A DNA stretch of 64,000 nucleotides from Eledone cirrhosa (Eukaryota), in the NCBI GenBank assembly GCA_964016885.1, contig OZ024741.1:16864001-16928000 (forward strand). Direction: 5' to 3'. Of the stretch, positions 42,701 to 57,700 are shown piece after piece. The position numbers and the translations under genes were made by a program. Position 1 is the first letter of the stretch. The number at the start of each line of letters is the position of its first letter. Under the pieces are notes generated by a model. The model worked only from the letters and a program-made list of their open reading frames with translations, made no database searches and was not told where the DNA came from.

Positions 42701-45700
42701 CCAGTCCGTCCTAATTACCTGTCAATCCTTACTCTCAGCCCTTCCTAATTACCTGTCTATCCTTACTGCCAGTCATTCCTAATTACTTGTCTATCCTTAC
42801 ACCCAGTGCTTCCATATTACCTGTCTATCCTTACTCCCAGTCCTTCCTAATTATCTGATTATCCTTACTCCCAGTCCTTCCTAATTACCTGTCCATCATT
42901 ACTCCCAGTCCTTCCTAATTACCTGTCTATCCTTACTCCCAGTCCTTCCTAATTACCTGTCAATCCTTACTCCCAGTCCTTCCTAATTACCTGTTAATCC
43001 TTACTCCCAGTCCTTCTTAATTACCTGTCCATCCTTACTCCCAGTCCTTCCTAATTACCTGTTAATCCTTACTCCCAGTCCTTCCTAATTACCTGTCTAT
43101 CCTTACTCCCAGTCCTTCCTAATTATCTGTCCATCCTTACTGCCAGTCCTTCGTAATTACCTGTCTATCCTTACTCCCAGTCCTTCCTAATTACCTGTCC
43201 ATCCTTACTCCCAGTCCTTCCTAATTACCTGTCTATCCTTATTCCCAGTCCTTCCTAATTACCTGTCAATCCTTACTCCCATTCCTTCCTAATTACCTGT
43301 CTATCCTTACTCCCAGTCCTTCCTAATTACTTGTCAATCTTTACTCCCAGTCCGTCCTAATTACCTGTCCATTCTTACTCTCAGTCCTTCCTAATTACCT
43401 GTCTACCCTTACTCTCAGTCTTTCCTAATTACCTGTCTATCCTTACTCCCAGTCTTTCCTAATTACCTGTCAATCCTTACTCCCAGTCCTTCCTAATTAC
43501 CTGTCCATCCTTACTCCCAGTCCTTCCTAATTACCTGTCTATCCCTACTCCCAGTCCTTCCTAATTACCTGTCCATCCATACTCCCAGTCCTTCCTAATT
43601 ACCTGTCAATCTTTACTCACAGTCCGTCCTAATTACCTGTCCATCCTTACTCTCAGTCCTTCCTAAGTACCTGTCTATCCTTACTCCCAGTCTTTCCTAA
43701 TTACCTGTCAATCCTTACTCCCAGTCCTTCCTAATTTCCTGTATATCCTTACTCTCAGTCCTTCCTAATTACCTGTCTATCCTTACTCTCAGTCCTTCCT
43801 AATTACCTGTCTATCCTTACTCCCAGTCCTTCCTAATTACCTGTCAATCCTTACTCCCAGCCCTTCCTAATTACCTGTATATCCTTACTCACAGTCCTTC
43901 CTAATTACCTGTCTATCTTTACTCCCAGTCCTTCCTAATTGCCTGTCTATCCTTACTCCCAGTCCTTCCTAATTACCTGTCCATCCTTACTCCCAGTCCT
44001 TCCTACTTACCTGTCTATCCTTACTCCCAGTCCTTCCTAATTACCTGTCTATCTTTACACCCAGTCCTTCCTAATTACCTATCCATCCTTACCTCCAATC
44101 CTTCCTAATTACCTGTCTATCCTTACTCCCAGTCCTTCCTAATTACCTGTCTATCCTTACTCTCAGTCCGTCCTAATTACCTGTCAATCCTTACTCCCTG
44201 TACTTCCTAATTACCTGTCTATCCTTACTCCCAGTCCTTCCTAATTACCTGTCCGTCCTTACTCCCAGTCCTTCCTAATTACCTGTCCATCCTTACTCCC
44301 AGTCCTTCGTAATTAGCTGTCCATCCTTACTCCCAGTCCTTCCTAATTATCTGTCTATCCTTACTCCCAGTCCTTCCTAATTACCTGTCCATCCTTACTG
44401 CCAGTCCTTCCTAATTAGCTGTCAATCTTTATTCCCAGTCCTTCCTAATTACCTGTCCATCCTTACTCCCAGTCCGTCCTAATTACCTGTCCATCCTTAC
44501 TCTCAGCCCTTCCTAATTACCTGTCTATCCTTACTCCCAGTCATTCCTAATTACTTGTCTATCCTTACACCCAGTGCTTCCTAATTACCTGTCTATCCTT
44601 ACTCCCAGTCCTTCTTAATTACCTGTCCATCCTTACTCCCAGTCCTTCCTAATTACCTGTTAATCCTTACTCCCAGTCCTTCCTAATTACCTGTCTATCC
44701 TTACTCCCAATCCTTCCTAATTACCTGTCCATCCTTACTCCCAGTCCTTCCTAATTACCTGTCAATCCTTAATCCAGTCCTTCTTAATTACCTGTCCATC
44801 CATACTCCTAGTCCTTCCTAATTACCTGTCTATCATTACTCCCAGTCCTTCCTAATTACCTGTTAATCTTTACTCCCAGTCCTTCCTAATTACCTGTCCC
44901 CCCTTACTCCCAGTCCTTCCTAATTACCTGTCCATCCTTACTCCCAGTCCTTCCTAATTAACTGTCCATCCTTACTCCCAGTCCATCCTAACTACCTGTC
45001 TATTCTTCCTCCCAGTCCTTCCTAATTACCTGTCAATCCTTACTCCCAGTCCTTCCTAATTACCTGTTAATCCTTACTCCCAGTCCTTCTTAATTACCTG
45101 TCCATCCGTACTCACAGTCCTTCCTAATTACCTGTTAATCCTTACTCCCAGTCCTTCCTAATTACCTGTCTATCCTTACTCCCAGTCCTTCCTAATTACC
45201 TGTCCATCCTTACTCCCAGTCCTTCCTAATTACCTGTCTATCCTTATTCCCAGTCCTTCCTAATTACCTGTCAATCCTTACTCCCATTCCTTCCTAATTA
45301 CCTGTCTATCCTTACTCCCAGTCCTTCCTAATTACCTGTCCATTCTTACTCTCAGTCCTTCCTAATTACCTGTCCATCCTTACTCCCAGTCCTTCTTAAT
45401 TACCTGTCTATCCTTACTCCCAGTCCTTCCTAATTACCTGTCAATCCTTACTCCCAGTCCTTCCTAATTACCTGTCTATTCTTACTCCCAGTCCTCCCTA
45501 ATTACCTGTCCGTTCTTACTCTCAGTCCTTCCTAATTACCTGTCCATCCTTACTCCCAGTCCTTCCTAATTACCTGTCCGTCCTTACTCCCAGTCCTTCC
45601 TAATTACCTGTCCATCCTTACTCCCAGTCCTTCCTAATTAGCTGTCCATCCTTACTCCCAGTCCTTCCTAATTACCTGTCTATCCTGACTCCCAGTCCTT

Positions 45701-48700
45701 CCTAATTACCTGTCCATCCTTACGCCCAGTCCTTCCTAATTACCTGTCAATCTTTACTCCCAGTCCGTCCTAATTACCTGTCCATCCTTACTCTCAGTCC
45801 TTCCTAATTACCTGTCTATCCTTACTCTCAGTCCTTCCTAATTACCTGTCTATCCTTACTCACAGTCCTTCCTAATTACCTGTCAATCCTTACTCCCAGT
45901 CCTTCCTAATTACCTGTCCATCCTTACTCTCAGTCCTTCCTAATTACCTGTCTATCCTTATTCCCAGTCCTTCCTAATTACCTGTCCATCCTTACTCCCA
46001 GTCCTTCTTAATTACCTGTCTATCCATACTCCCAGTCCTTCCTAATTACCTGTCTATCCTGACTCCCAGTCCTTCCTAATTACCTGTCAATCCTTACTCC
46101 CAGTCCTTCCTAATTACTTGTCTATCCTTACACACAGTGCTTCCTAATTACCTGTCCATCCTTACTCCCAGTCCTTCCTAATTACCTGTCTATCCTTACT
46201 CCCAGTCCTTCCTAATTACCTGTCTATCCTGACTCCCAGTCCTTCCTAATTACCTGTCAATCCTTACTCCCAGTCCTTCCTAATTGCCTGTCTATCCTTA
46301 CTCCCAGTCCTTCCTAATTACCTGTCTATCCTTACTCCCAGTCATTCCTAATTACCTGTCTATCCTTACACCCAGTCCTTCCTAATTACCTGTCTATCTT
46401 TACTCCCAGTCCTTCCTAATTACCTGTCTATCCTTACTCCCAGTCCTTCCTAATTACCTGTCCATCCTTACTCCCAGTCCTTCCTAATTACCTGTCCATC
46501 CTTACTCCCAGTCCTTCATAATAAGCTGTCCATCCTTACTCTCAGTCCTTCCTAATTATCTGTCTATCCTTACTCCCAGTCCTTCCTAATTACCTGTCCA
46601 TCCTTACTGACAGTCCTTCCTAATTAGCTGTCAATCTTTACTCCCAGTCCTTCCTAATTACCTGTCAATCCTTACTCTCAGCCCTTCCTAATTACCTGTC
46701 TATCCTTACTGCCAGTCATTCCTAATTACTTGTCTATCCTTACACCCAGTGCCTCCTAATTACCTGTCTATCCTTACTCCCAGTCCTTCCTAATTATCTG
46801 TCTATCCTTACTCCCAGTCCTTCCTAATTACCTGTCCATCATTACTCCCAGTCCTTCCTAATTACCTGTCTATTCTTACTCCCAGTCCTTCCTAATTACC
46901 TGTCCATCCTTACTCCCAGTCCTTCCTAATTAACTGTCCATCCTTACTCCCAGTCCTTCCTAATTACCTGTCTATCCTTCCTCCCAGTCCTTCCTAATTA
47001 CCTGTCAATCCTTACTCCCAGTCCTTCCTAATTACCTGTTAATCCTTACTCCCAGTCCTTCTTAATTACCTGTCCATCCTTACTCCCAGTCCTTCCTAAT
47101 TACCTGTTAATCCTTACTCCCAGTCCTTCCTAATTACCTGTCTATCCTTACTCCCAGTCCTTCCTAATTATCTGTCCATCCTTACTGCCAGTCTTTCGTA
47201 ATTACCTGTCTATCCTTACTCCCAGTCCTTCCTAATTACCTGTCCATCCTTACTCCCAGTCCTTCCTAATTACCTGTCTATCCTTACTCCCAGTCCTTCC
47301 TAATTACCTGTCCATCCTTACTCCCAGTCCTTCTTAATTACCTGTCTATCCTTACTCCCAGTCCTTCCTAATTACCTGTCAATCCTTACTCCCAGTCCTT
47401 TCTAATTACCTGTCTATTCTTACTCCCAGTCCTCCCTAATTACCTGTCCGTCCTTACTCTCAGTCCTTCCTAATTACCTGTCCATCCTTACTCCCAGTCC
47501 TTCCTAATTACCTGTCCATCCTTACTCCCAGTCCTTCCTAATTAGCTGTCCATCCTTACTCCCAGTCCTTCCTAATTACCTGTCCATCCTTACTCCCAGT
47601 CCTTCCTAATTACCTGTCAATCTTTACTCCCAGTCCGTCCTAATTACCTGTCCATCCTTACTCTCAGTCCTTCCTAATTACCTGTCTATCCTTACTCCCA
47701 GTCTTTCCTAATTACCTGTCAATCCTTACTCCCAGTCCTTCCTAATTTCCTGTCCATCCTTACTCTCAGTCCTTCCTAATTACCTGTCTATCCTTACTCT
47801 CAGTCCTTCCTAATTACCTGTCTATCCTTACTCCCAGTCCTTCCTAATTACCTGTCAATCCTTACTCGCAGTCCTTCTTAATTACCTGTCTATCCTTACT
47901 CCCAGTCGTTCCTAATTTCCTGTCCATCCTTACTCCCAGTCCTTCCTAATTACCTGTCTATCCTTACCCCAGTCCTTCCTAATTACCTGTCAATCCTTAC
48001 TCCCAGTCCTTTCTAATTACCTGTCCATCCTTACTCCTAGCCCTTCCTAATTACCTGTCCATCCTTACTCTCAGTCCTTCCTAATTACCTGTCTATCCTT
48101 ACTCCCAGTCTTTCCTAATTACCTGTCAATCCTTACTCCCAGTCCTTCCTAATTTCCTGTCCATCCTTACTCTCAGTCCTTCCTAATTACCTGTCTATCC
48201 TTACTCTCAGTCCTTCCTAATTACCTGTCTATCCTTACTCCCAGTCCTTCCTAATTGCCTGTCTATCCTTACTCCCAGTCCTTCCTAATTACCTGTCCAT
48301 CCTTACACCCAGTCCTTCCTACTTAACTGTCTATCCTTAGTCCGAGTCCTTCCTAATTACCTGTCTATCTTTACTCCCAGTCCTTCCTAATTACCTGTAT
48401 ATCCTTAATCCCAGTCCTTCCTAATTACCTATCCATCCTTACCTCCAATCCTTCCTAATTACCTGTCTATCCTTACTCCCAGTTGTTCCTAATTACCTGT
48501 CTATCCTTACTCCCAGTCCGTCCTAATTACCTGTCAATCCTTACTCCCTGTACTTCCTAATTACCTGTCTATCCTTACTCCCAGTCCTTCCTAATTACCT
48601 GTCCGTCCTTACTCCCAGTCCTTCCTAATTTCCTGTCCATCCTTACTCCCAGTCCTTCGTAATTAGCTGTCCATCCTTACTCCCAGTCCTTCCTTATTAT

Positions 48701-51700
48701 CTGTCTATCCTTACTCCCAGTCCTTCCTAATTACCTGTCCATCCTTACTGCCAGTCCTTCCTAATTAGCTGTCAATCTTTACTCCCAGTCCTTCCTAATT
48801 ACCTGTCCATCCTTACTCCCAGTCCGTCCTAATTACCTGTCAATCCTTACTCCCAGTCCTTTCTAATTACCTGTCTATTCTTACTCCCAGTCCTCCCTAA
48901 TTACCTGTCCGTCCTTACTCTCAGTCCTTCCTAATTACCTGTCCATCCTTACTCCCAGTCCTTCCTAATTACCTGTCCATCCTTACTACCAGTCCTTCCT
49001 AATTAGCTGTCCATCCTTACTCCCAGTCCTTCCTAATTACCTGTCCATCCTTACTCCCAGTCCTTCCTAATTACCTGTCAATCTTTACTCCCAGTCCGTC
49101 CTAATTACCTGTCCATCCTTACTCTCAGTCCTTCCTAATTACCTGTCTATCCTTACTCCCAGTCTTTCCTAATTACCTGTCAATCCTTACTCCCAGTCCT
49201 TCCTAATTTCCTGTCCATCCTTACTCTCAGTCCTTCCTAATTACCTGTCTATCCTTACTCTCAGTCCTTCCTAATTACCTGTCTATCCTTACTCCCAGTC
49301 CTTCCTAATTACCTGTCAATCCTTACTCCCAGTCCTTCTTAATTACCTGTCTATCCTTACTCCCATCGTTCCTAATTTCCTGTCCATCCTTACTCCCAGT
49401 CCTTCCTAATTACCTGTCCATCCTTACTCACAGTCCTTCCTAATTACCTGTCTATCCTTACGCAAGTCATTCCTAATTACCTGTCAATCCTTACTCCCAG
49501 TCCTTCCTAATTACCTGTCCATCCTTACTCCCAGCCCTTCCTAATTACCTGTATATCCTTACTCACAGTCCTTCCTAATTACCTGTCTATCTTTACTCCC
49601 AGTCCTTCCTAATTGCCTGTCTATCCTTACTCCCAGTCCTTCCTAATTACCTGTCCATCCTTACTCCCAGTCCTTCCTACTTACCTGTCTATCCTTAATC
49701 CCAGTCCTTCCTAATTACCTGTCTATCTTTACTCCCAGTCCTTCCTAATTACCTGTCTATCCTTAATCCCAGTCCTTCCTAATTACCTATCCATCCTTAC
49801 CTCCAATCCTTCCTAATTACCTGTCTATCCTTACTCCCAGTCCTTTCTAATTACCTGTCTATCCTTACTCCCAGTCCGTCCTAATTACCTGTCAATCCTT
49901 ACTCCCTGTACTTCCTAATTACCTGTCTATCCTTACTCCCAGTCCTTCCTAATTACCTGTCCGTCCTTACTCCCAGTCCTTCCTAATTACCTGTCCATCC
50001 TTACTCCCAGTCCTTCGTAATTAGCTGTCCATCCTTACTCCCAGTCCTTCCTAATTATCTGTCTATCCTTAATCCCAGTCCTTCCTAATTACCTGTCCAT
50101 CCTTACTGCCAGTCCTACCTAATTAGCTGTCAATCTTTACTCCCAGTCCTTCCTAATTACCTGTCCATCCTTACTCATAGTCCGTCCTAATTACCTGTCC
50201 ATCCTTACTCTCAGCCCTTCCTAATTACCTGTCTATCCTTACTCCCAGTCATTCCTAATTACTTGTCTATCCTTACACCCAGTGCTTCCTAATTACCTGT
50301 CTATCCTTACTCCCAGTCCTTCTTAATTACCTGTCCATCCTTACTCCCAGTCCTTCCTAATTACCTGTCTATCCTTACTCCCAGTCCTTCCTAATTACCT
50401 GTCCATCCTTACTCCCTGTCCTTCCTAATTACCTGTCCATCCTTACTAACAGTCCTTCCTAGTTACCTGTCCATCCTTACACCCAGACCTTCCTAGTTAC
50501 CTGTCCAACCTTACCCTCAGTCCTTCCTAATTACCTATCTAGTCTTACTCCCAGTCTTTCCTAATTACCTGTCCATCCTAACTCCCAGTCCTTCCTAATT
50601 ACCTGTCTATCCTTACTCCCAGTCCTTCCAAATTATCTGTCCTTCCTAATTACCTGTCCATCCTTATTCCCAGTCCTTCCTAATTACCTGTCCTTCCTAA
50701 TTACCTGTCCATCCTTACTCCCAGTCCTTCCTAATTACCTGTCTATCCTTACTCCCATTCCTCCCTAATTACCTGTCAATCCTTACTCCCAGTCCTTCCT
50801 AATTACCTGTCCATCCTTACTAACAGTCCTTCCTAATTACCTGCCTATCCTTACTCCTAGTCCTTCCTAATTAACTGTCAATCCTTACTCCCGGTCCTTC
50901 CTAATTACCTGTCAATCCTTACCCCCAGTCCTTCCTAATTACCTGTCTATCCTTACTCCCAGTCCTTCCTAGTTACCTGTCCATCCTTCTCCCAGTCCTT
51001 CCTAATTACCTGTCTATCCTTACTCCCAGTCCTTCCTAATTACCTGTCTATCCTGACTCCCAGTCCTTCCTAATTACCTGTCCATCCTTACGCCCAGTCC
51101 TTCCTAATTACCTGTCAATCTTTACTCCCAGTCCGTCCTAATTACCTGTCCATCCTTACTCTAAGTCCTTCCTAATTACCTGTCTATCCTTACTCTCAGT
51201 CCTTCCTAATTACCTGTCTATCCTTACTCACAGTCCTTCCTAATTACCTGTCAATCCTTACTCCCAGTCCTTCCTAATTACCTGTCCATCCTTACTCTCA
51301 GTCCTTCCTAATTACCTGTCTATCCTTATTCCCAGTCCTTCCTAATTACCTGTCCATCCTTACTCCCAGTCCTTCTTAATTACCTGTCTATCCATACTCC
51401 CAGTCCTTCCTAATTACCTGTCTATCCTGACTCCCAGTCCTTCCTAATTACCTGTCAATCCTTACTCCCAGTCCTTCCTAATTACTTGTCTATCCTTACA
51501 CACAGTGCTTCCTAATTACCTGTCCATCCTTACTCCCAGTCCTTCCTAATTACCTGTCTATCCTTACTCCCAGTCCTTCCTAATTACCTGTCTATCCTGA
51601 CTCCCAGTCCTTCCTAATTACCTGTCAATCCTTACTCCCAGTCCTTCCTAATTGCCTGTCTATCCTTACTCCCAGTCCTTCCTAATTACCTGTCTATCCT

Positions 51701-54700
51701 TACTCCCAGTCATTCCTAATTACCTGTCTATCCTTACTCCCAGTCCTTCCTAATTACCTGTCCATCCTTACTCCCAGTCCTTCCTAATTACCTGTCCATC
51801 CTTACTCCCAATCCTTCGTAATAAGCTGTCCATCCTTACTCTCAGTCCTTCCTAATTATCTGTCTATCCTTACTCCCAGTCCTTCCTAATTACCTGTCCA
51901 TCCTTACTGACAGTCCTTCCTAATTAGCTGTCAATCTTTACTCCCAGTCCTTCCTAATTACCTGTCCATCCTTACTCCCAGTCCGTCCTAATTACCTGTC
52001 AATCCTTACTCTCAGCCCTTCCTAATTACCTGTCTATCCTTACTGCCAGTCATTCCTAATTACTTGTCTATCCTTACACCCAGTGCCTCCTAATTACCTG
52101 TCTATCCTTACTCCCAGTCCTTCCTAATTATCTGTCTATCCTTACTCCCAGTCCTTCCTAATTACCTGTCCATCATTACTCCCAGTCCTTCCTAATTACC
52201 TGTCTATTCTTACTCCCAGTCCTTCCTAATTACCTGTCCATCCTTACTCCCAGTCCTTCCTAATTAACTGTCCATCCTTACTCCCAGTCCTTCCTAATTA
52301 CCTGTCTATCCTTCCTCCCAGTCCTTCCTAATTACCTGTCAATCCTTACTCCCAGTCCTTCCTAATTACCTGTTAATCCTTACTCCCAGTCCTTCTTAAT
52401 TACCTGTCCATCCTTACTCCCAGTCCTTCCTAATTACCTGTTAATCCTTACTCCCAGTCCTTCCTAATTACCTGTCTATCCTTACTCCCAGTCCTTCCTA
52501 ATTATCTGTCCATCCTTACTGCCAGTCTTTCGTAATTACCTGTCTATCCTTACTCCCAGTCCTTCCTAATTACCTGTCCATCCTTACTCCCAGTCCTTCC
52601 TAATTACCTGTCAATCCTTACTCCCAGTCCTTTCTAATTACCTGTCTATTCTTACTCCCAGTCCTCCCTAATTACCTGTCCGTCCTTACTCTCAGTCCTT
52701 CCTAATTACCTGTCCATCCTTACTCCCAGTCCTTCCTAATTACCTGTCCATCCTTACTCCCAGTCCTTCCTAATTAGCTGTCCATCCTTACTCCCAGTCC
52801 TTCCTAATTACCTGTCCATCCTTACTCCCAGTCCTTCCTAATTACCTGTCAATCTTTACTCCCAGTCCGTCCTAATTACCTGTCCATCCTTACTCTCAGT
52901 CCTTCCTAATTACCTGTCTATCCTTACTCCCAGTCTTTCCTAATTACCTGTCAATCCTTACTCCCAGTCCTTCCTAATTTCCTGTCCATCCTTACTCTCA
53001 GTCCTTCCTAATTACCTGTCTATCCTTACTCTCAGTCCTTCCTAATTACCTGTCTATCCTTACTCCCAGTCCTTCCTAATTACCTGTCAATCCTTACTCC
53101 CAGTCCTTCTTAATTACCTGTCTATCCTTACTCCCAGTCGTTCCTAATTTCCTGTCCATCCTTACTCCCAGTCCTTCCTAATTACCTGTCTATCCTTACC
53201 CCAGTCCTTCCTAATTACCTGTCAATCCTTACTCCCAGTCCTTTCTAATTACCTGTCCATCCTTACTCCCAGCCCTTCCTAATTACCTGTATATCCTTAC
53301 TCACAGTCCTTCCTAATTACCTGTCTATCTTTACTCCCAGTCCTTCCTAATTGCCTGTCTATCCTTACTCCCAGTCCTTCCTAATTACCTGTCCATCCTT
53401 ACACCCAGTCCTTCCTACTTAACTGTCTATCCTTAGTCCGAGTCCTTCCTAATTACCTGTCTATCTTTACTCCCAGTCCTTCCTAATTACCTGTATATCC
53501 TTAATCCCAGTCCTTCCTAATTACCTATCCATCCTTACCTCCAATCCTTCCTAATTACCTGTCTATCCTTACTCCCAGTTCTTCCTAATTACCTGTCTAT
53601 CCTTACTCCCAGTCCGTCCTAATTACCTGTCAATCCTTACTCCCTGTACTTCCTAATTACCTGTCTATCCTTACTCCCAGTCCTTCCTAATTACCTGTCC
53701 GTCCTTACTCCCAGTCCTTCCTAATTTCCTGTCCATCCTTACTCCCAGTCCTTCGTAATTAGCTGTCCATCCTTACTCCCAGTCCTTCCTTATTATCTGT
53801 CTATCCTTACTCCCAGTCCTTCCTAATTACCTGTCCATCCTTACTGCCAGTCCTTCCTAATTAGCTGTCAATCTTTACTCCCAGTCCTTCCTAATTACCT
53901 GTCCATCCTTACTCCCAGTCCGTCCTAATTACCTGTCAATCCTTACTCCCAGTCCTTTCTAATTACCTGTCTATTCTTACTCCCAGTCCTCCCTAATTAC
54001 CTGTCCGTCCTTACTCTCAGTCCTTCCTAATTACCTGTCCATCCTTACTCCCAGTCCTTCCTAATTACCTGTCCATCCTTACTCCCAGTCCTTCCTAATT
54101 AGCTGTCCATCCTTACTCCCAGTCCTTCCTAATTACCTGTCCATCCTTACTCCCAGTCCTTCCTAATTACCTGTCAATCTTTACTCCCAGTCCGTCCTAA
54201 TTACCTGTCCATCCTTACTCTCAGTCCTTCCTAATTACCTGTCTATCCTTACTCCCAGTCTTTCCTAATTACCTGTCAATCCTTACTCCCAGTCCTTCCT
54301 AATTTCCTGTCCATCCTTACTCTCAGTCCTTCCTAATTAACTGTCTATCCTTACTCTCAGTCCTTCCTAATTACCTGTCTATCCTTACTCCCAGTCCTTC
54401 CTAATTACCTGTCAATCCTTACTCCCAGTCCTTCTTAATTACCTGTCTATCCTTACTCCCATCGTTCCTAATTTCCTGTCCATCCTTACTCCCAGTCCTT
54501 CCTAATTACCTGTCCATCCTTACTCACAGTCCTTCCTAATTACCTGTCTATCCTTACGCAAGTCATTCCTAATTACCTGTCAATCCTTACTCCCAGTCCT
54601 TCCTAATTACCTGTCCATCCTTACTCCCAGCCCTTCCTAATTACCTGTATATCCTTACTCACAGTCCTTCCTAATTACCTGTCTATCTTTACTCCCAGTC

Positions 54701-57700
54701 CTTCCTAATTGCCTGTCTATCCTTACTCCCAGTCCTTCCTAATTACCTGTCCATCCTTACTCCCAGTCCTTCCTACTTACCTGTCTATCCTTAATCCCAG
54801 TCCTTCCTAATTACCTGTCTATCTTTACTCCCAGTCCTTCCTAATTACCTGTCTATCCTTAATCCCAGTCCTTCCTAATTACCTATCCATCCTTACCTCC
54901 AATCCTTCCTAATTACCTGTCTATCCTTACTCCCAGTCCTTTCAAATTACCTGTCTATCCTTACTCCCAGTCCGTCCTAATTACCTGTCAATCCTTACTC
55001 CCTGTACTTCCTAATTACCTGTCTATCCTTACTCCCAGTCCTTCCTAATTATCTGTCCATCCTTACTGCCAGTCTTTCGTAATTACCTGTCTATCTTTAC
55101 TCCCAGTCCTTCCTAATTGCCTGTCTATCCTTACTCCCAGTCCTTCCTAATTACCTGTCCATCCTTACTCCCAGTCCTTCCTACTTACCTGTCTATCCTT
55201 AATCCCAGTCCTTCCTAATTACCTGTCTATCTTTACTCCCAGTCCTTCCTAATTACCTGTCTATCCTTACTCTCAGTCCTTCCTAATTACCTGTCCGTCC
55301 TTACTCCCAGTCCTTCCTAATTAGCTGTCCATCCTTACTCCCAGTCCTTCCTAATTATCTGTCTATCCTTACTCCCAGTCCTTCCTAATTACCTGTCCAT
55401 CCTTACTGCCAGTCCTACCTAATTAGCTGTCAATCTTTACTCCCAGTCCTTCCTAATTACCTGTCCATCCTTAATCATAGTCCGTCCTAATTACCTGTCC
55501 ATCCTTACTCTCAGCCCTTCCTAATTACCTGTCTATCCTTACTCCCAGTCATTCCTAATTACTTGTCTATCCTTACACCCAGTGCTTCCTAATTACCTGT
55601 CTATCCTTACTCCCAGTCCTTCTTAATTACCTGTCCATCCTTACTCCCAGTCCTTCCTAATTACCTGTCTATCCTTACTCCCAGTCCTTCCTAATTACCT
55701 GTCCATCCTTACTCCCTGTCCTTCCTAATTACCTGTCCATCCTTACTAACAGTCCTTCCTAGTTACCTGTCCATCCTTACACCCAGACCTTCCTAGTTAC
55801 CTGTCCAACCTTACCCTCAGTCCTTCCTAATTACCTATCTAGTCTTACTCCCAGTCTTTCCTAATTACCTGTCCATCCTAACTCCCAGTCCTTCCTAATT
55901 ACCTGTCTATCCTTACTCCCAGTCCTTCCAAATTATCTGTCCTTCCTAATTACCTGTCCATCCTTATTCCCAGTCCTTCCTAATTACCTGTCCTTCCTAA
56001 TTACCTGTCCATCCTTACTCCCAGTCCTTCCTAATTACCTGTCTATCCTTACTCCCATTCCTCCCTAATTACCTGTCAATCCTTACTCCCAGTCCTTCCT
56101 AATTACCTGTCCATCCTTACTAACAGTCCTTCCTAATTACCTGCCTATCCTTACTCCTAGTCCTTCCTAATTAACTGTCAATCCTTACTCCCGGTCCTTC
56201 CTAATTACCTGTCAATCCTTACCCCCAGTCCTTCCTAATTACCTGTCTATCCTTACTCCCAGTCCTTCCTAGTTACCTGTCCATCCTTCTCCCAGTCCTT
56301 CCTAATTACCTGTCTATCCTTACTCCCAGTCCTTCCTAATTACCTGTCTATCCTTACTCCCAGTTCTTCCTAATTACCTGTCCATCATTACTCCCAGTCC
56401 TTCCTAATTACCTGTCTATCCTTACTCCCAGTCGTTCCTCAATACCTGTCTATCCTTACTCCCAGTCCTTCCTAATTACCTGTCCATCCTTACTCCCAGT
56501 CCTTCCTAATTACCTGTCCATCCTTATTCCCAGTCATTCCTAATTACCTGTCCATCCTTACTCCCAGTCGTACCTAATTACCTGTCCATCCTTACTCCCA
56601 GTCCTTCCTAATTACCTGTCCATCCTTACTCCCAGTCCTTCCTAATTACCTGTCCTTCCTAATTACCTTCCATCCTTACACCCAGTCCTTCCTAATTACG
56701 TGTCTATCCTTACTCCCAGTCCTTGCTAATTACCTGTCCATCCTTACTCCCAGTCCTTCCTAATTACCTGTCCATCCTTAATCCCAGTCCTTCCTAATTA
56801 CCTGTCCATCCTTACTCCCAGTCCTTCCTAATTACCTGTCCATCCTTACTCCCAGTCCTTCCTAATTACCTGTCCATCCTTACTCCCAGTCCTTCCTAAT
56901 TACCTGACCTTCCTAATTACCTTCCATCCTTACTCCCAGTCCTTCCTAATTACCTGTCCATCCTTACTCCCAGTCCTTCCAAATTACCTGTCCATCCTTA
57001 CTCACAGTCCTTCCTAATTACCTGTCCATCCTTAATCCCAGTCCTTCCTAAATACCTGTCTATCCTTACTCCCAGTCCTTCCTAATTACCTGTCTATCCT
57101 TACTCCCAGTCCTTCCTAATTACCTGTCCATCCTTACTCCCAGTCCTTCCTAATTACCTGTCTATCCTTACTCCCAGTCCTTCCCAATTACTTGTCCATC
57201 CTTACTCCCAGTCCTTCCTAATTACCTGTCCATCCTTACTCCCAGTCCTTCCTAATTACCTGCCTATCCTTACTCCCAATCCTTCCTAATTATCTGTCTA
57301 TCCTTACTCCCAGTCCGTCCTAATTACCTGTCCATCCTTACTCCCAGTCCTTCCTAATTACCTGTCTATCCTTACTCCCAGTCCTTCCTAATTACCTGTC
57401 AATCCTTACTCCCAATCCTTCCTAATTACCTGTCAATCCTTACTCCCAGTCCTTCCTAATTACCTGTCCATCCTTACTCCCAGTCCGTCCTAATTACCTG
57501 TCCATCCTTACGCTCAGTCCTTCCTAATTACCTGTCTATCCTTACTCCCAGTCATTTCTAATTACCTGTCCATCCTTACTAATAGTCCTTCCTAGTTACC
57601 TGTCCATCCTTACTCCCAGACCTTCCTATTTACCTGTCCAACCTTACTCCGAGTCCTTCCTAATTACCTGTCTACTCTTACTCCCAGTCCTTCCTAATTA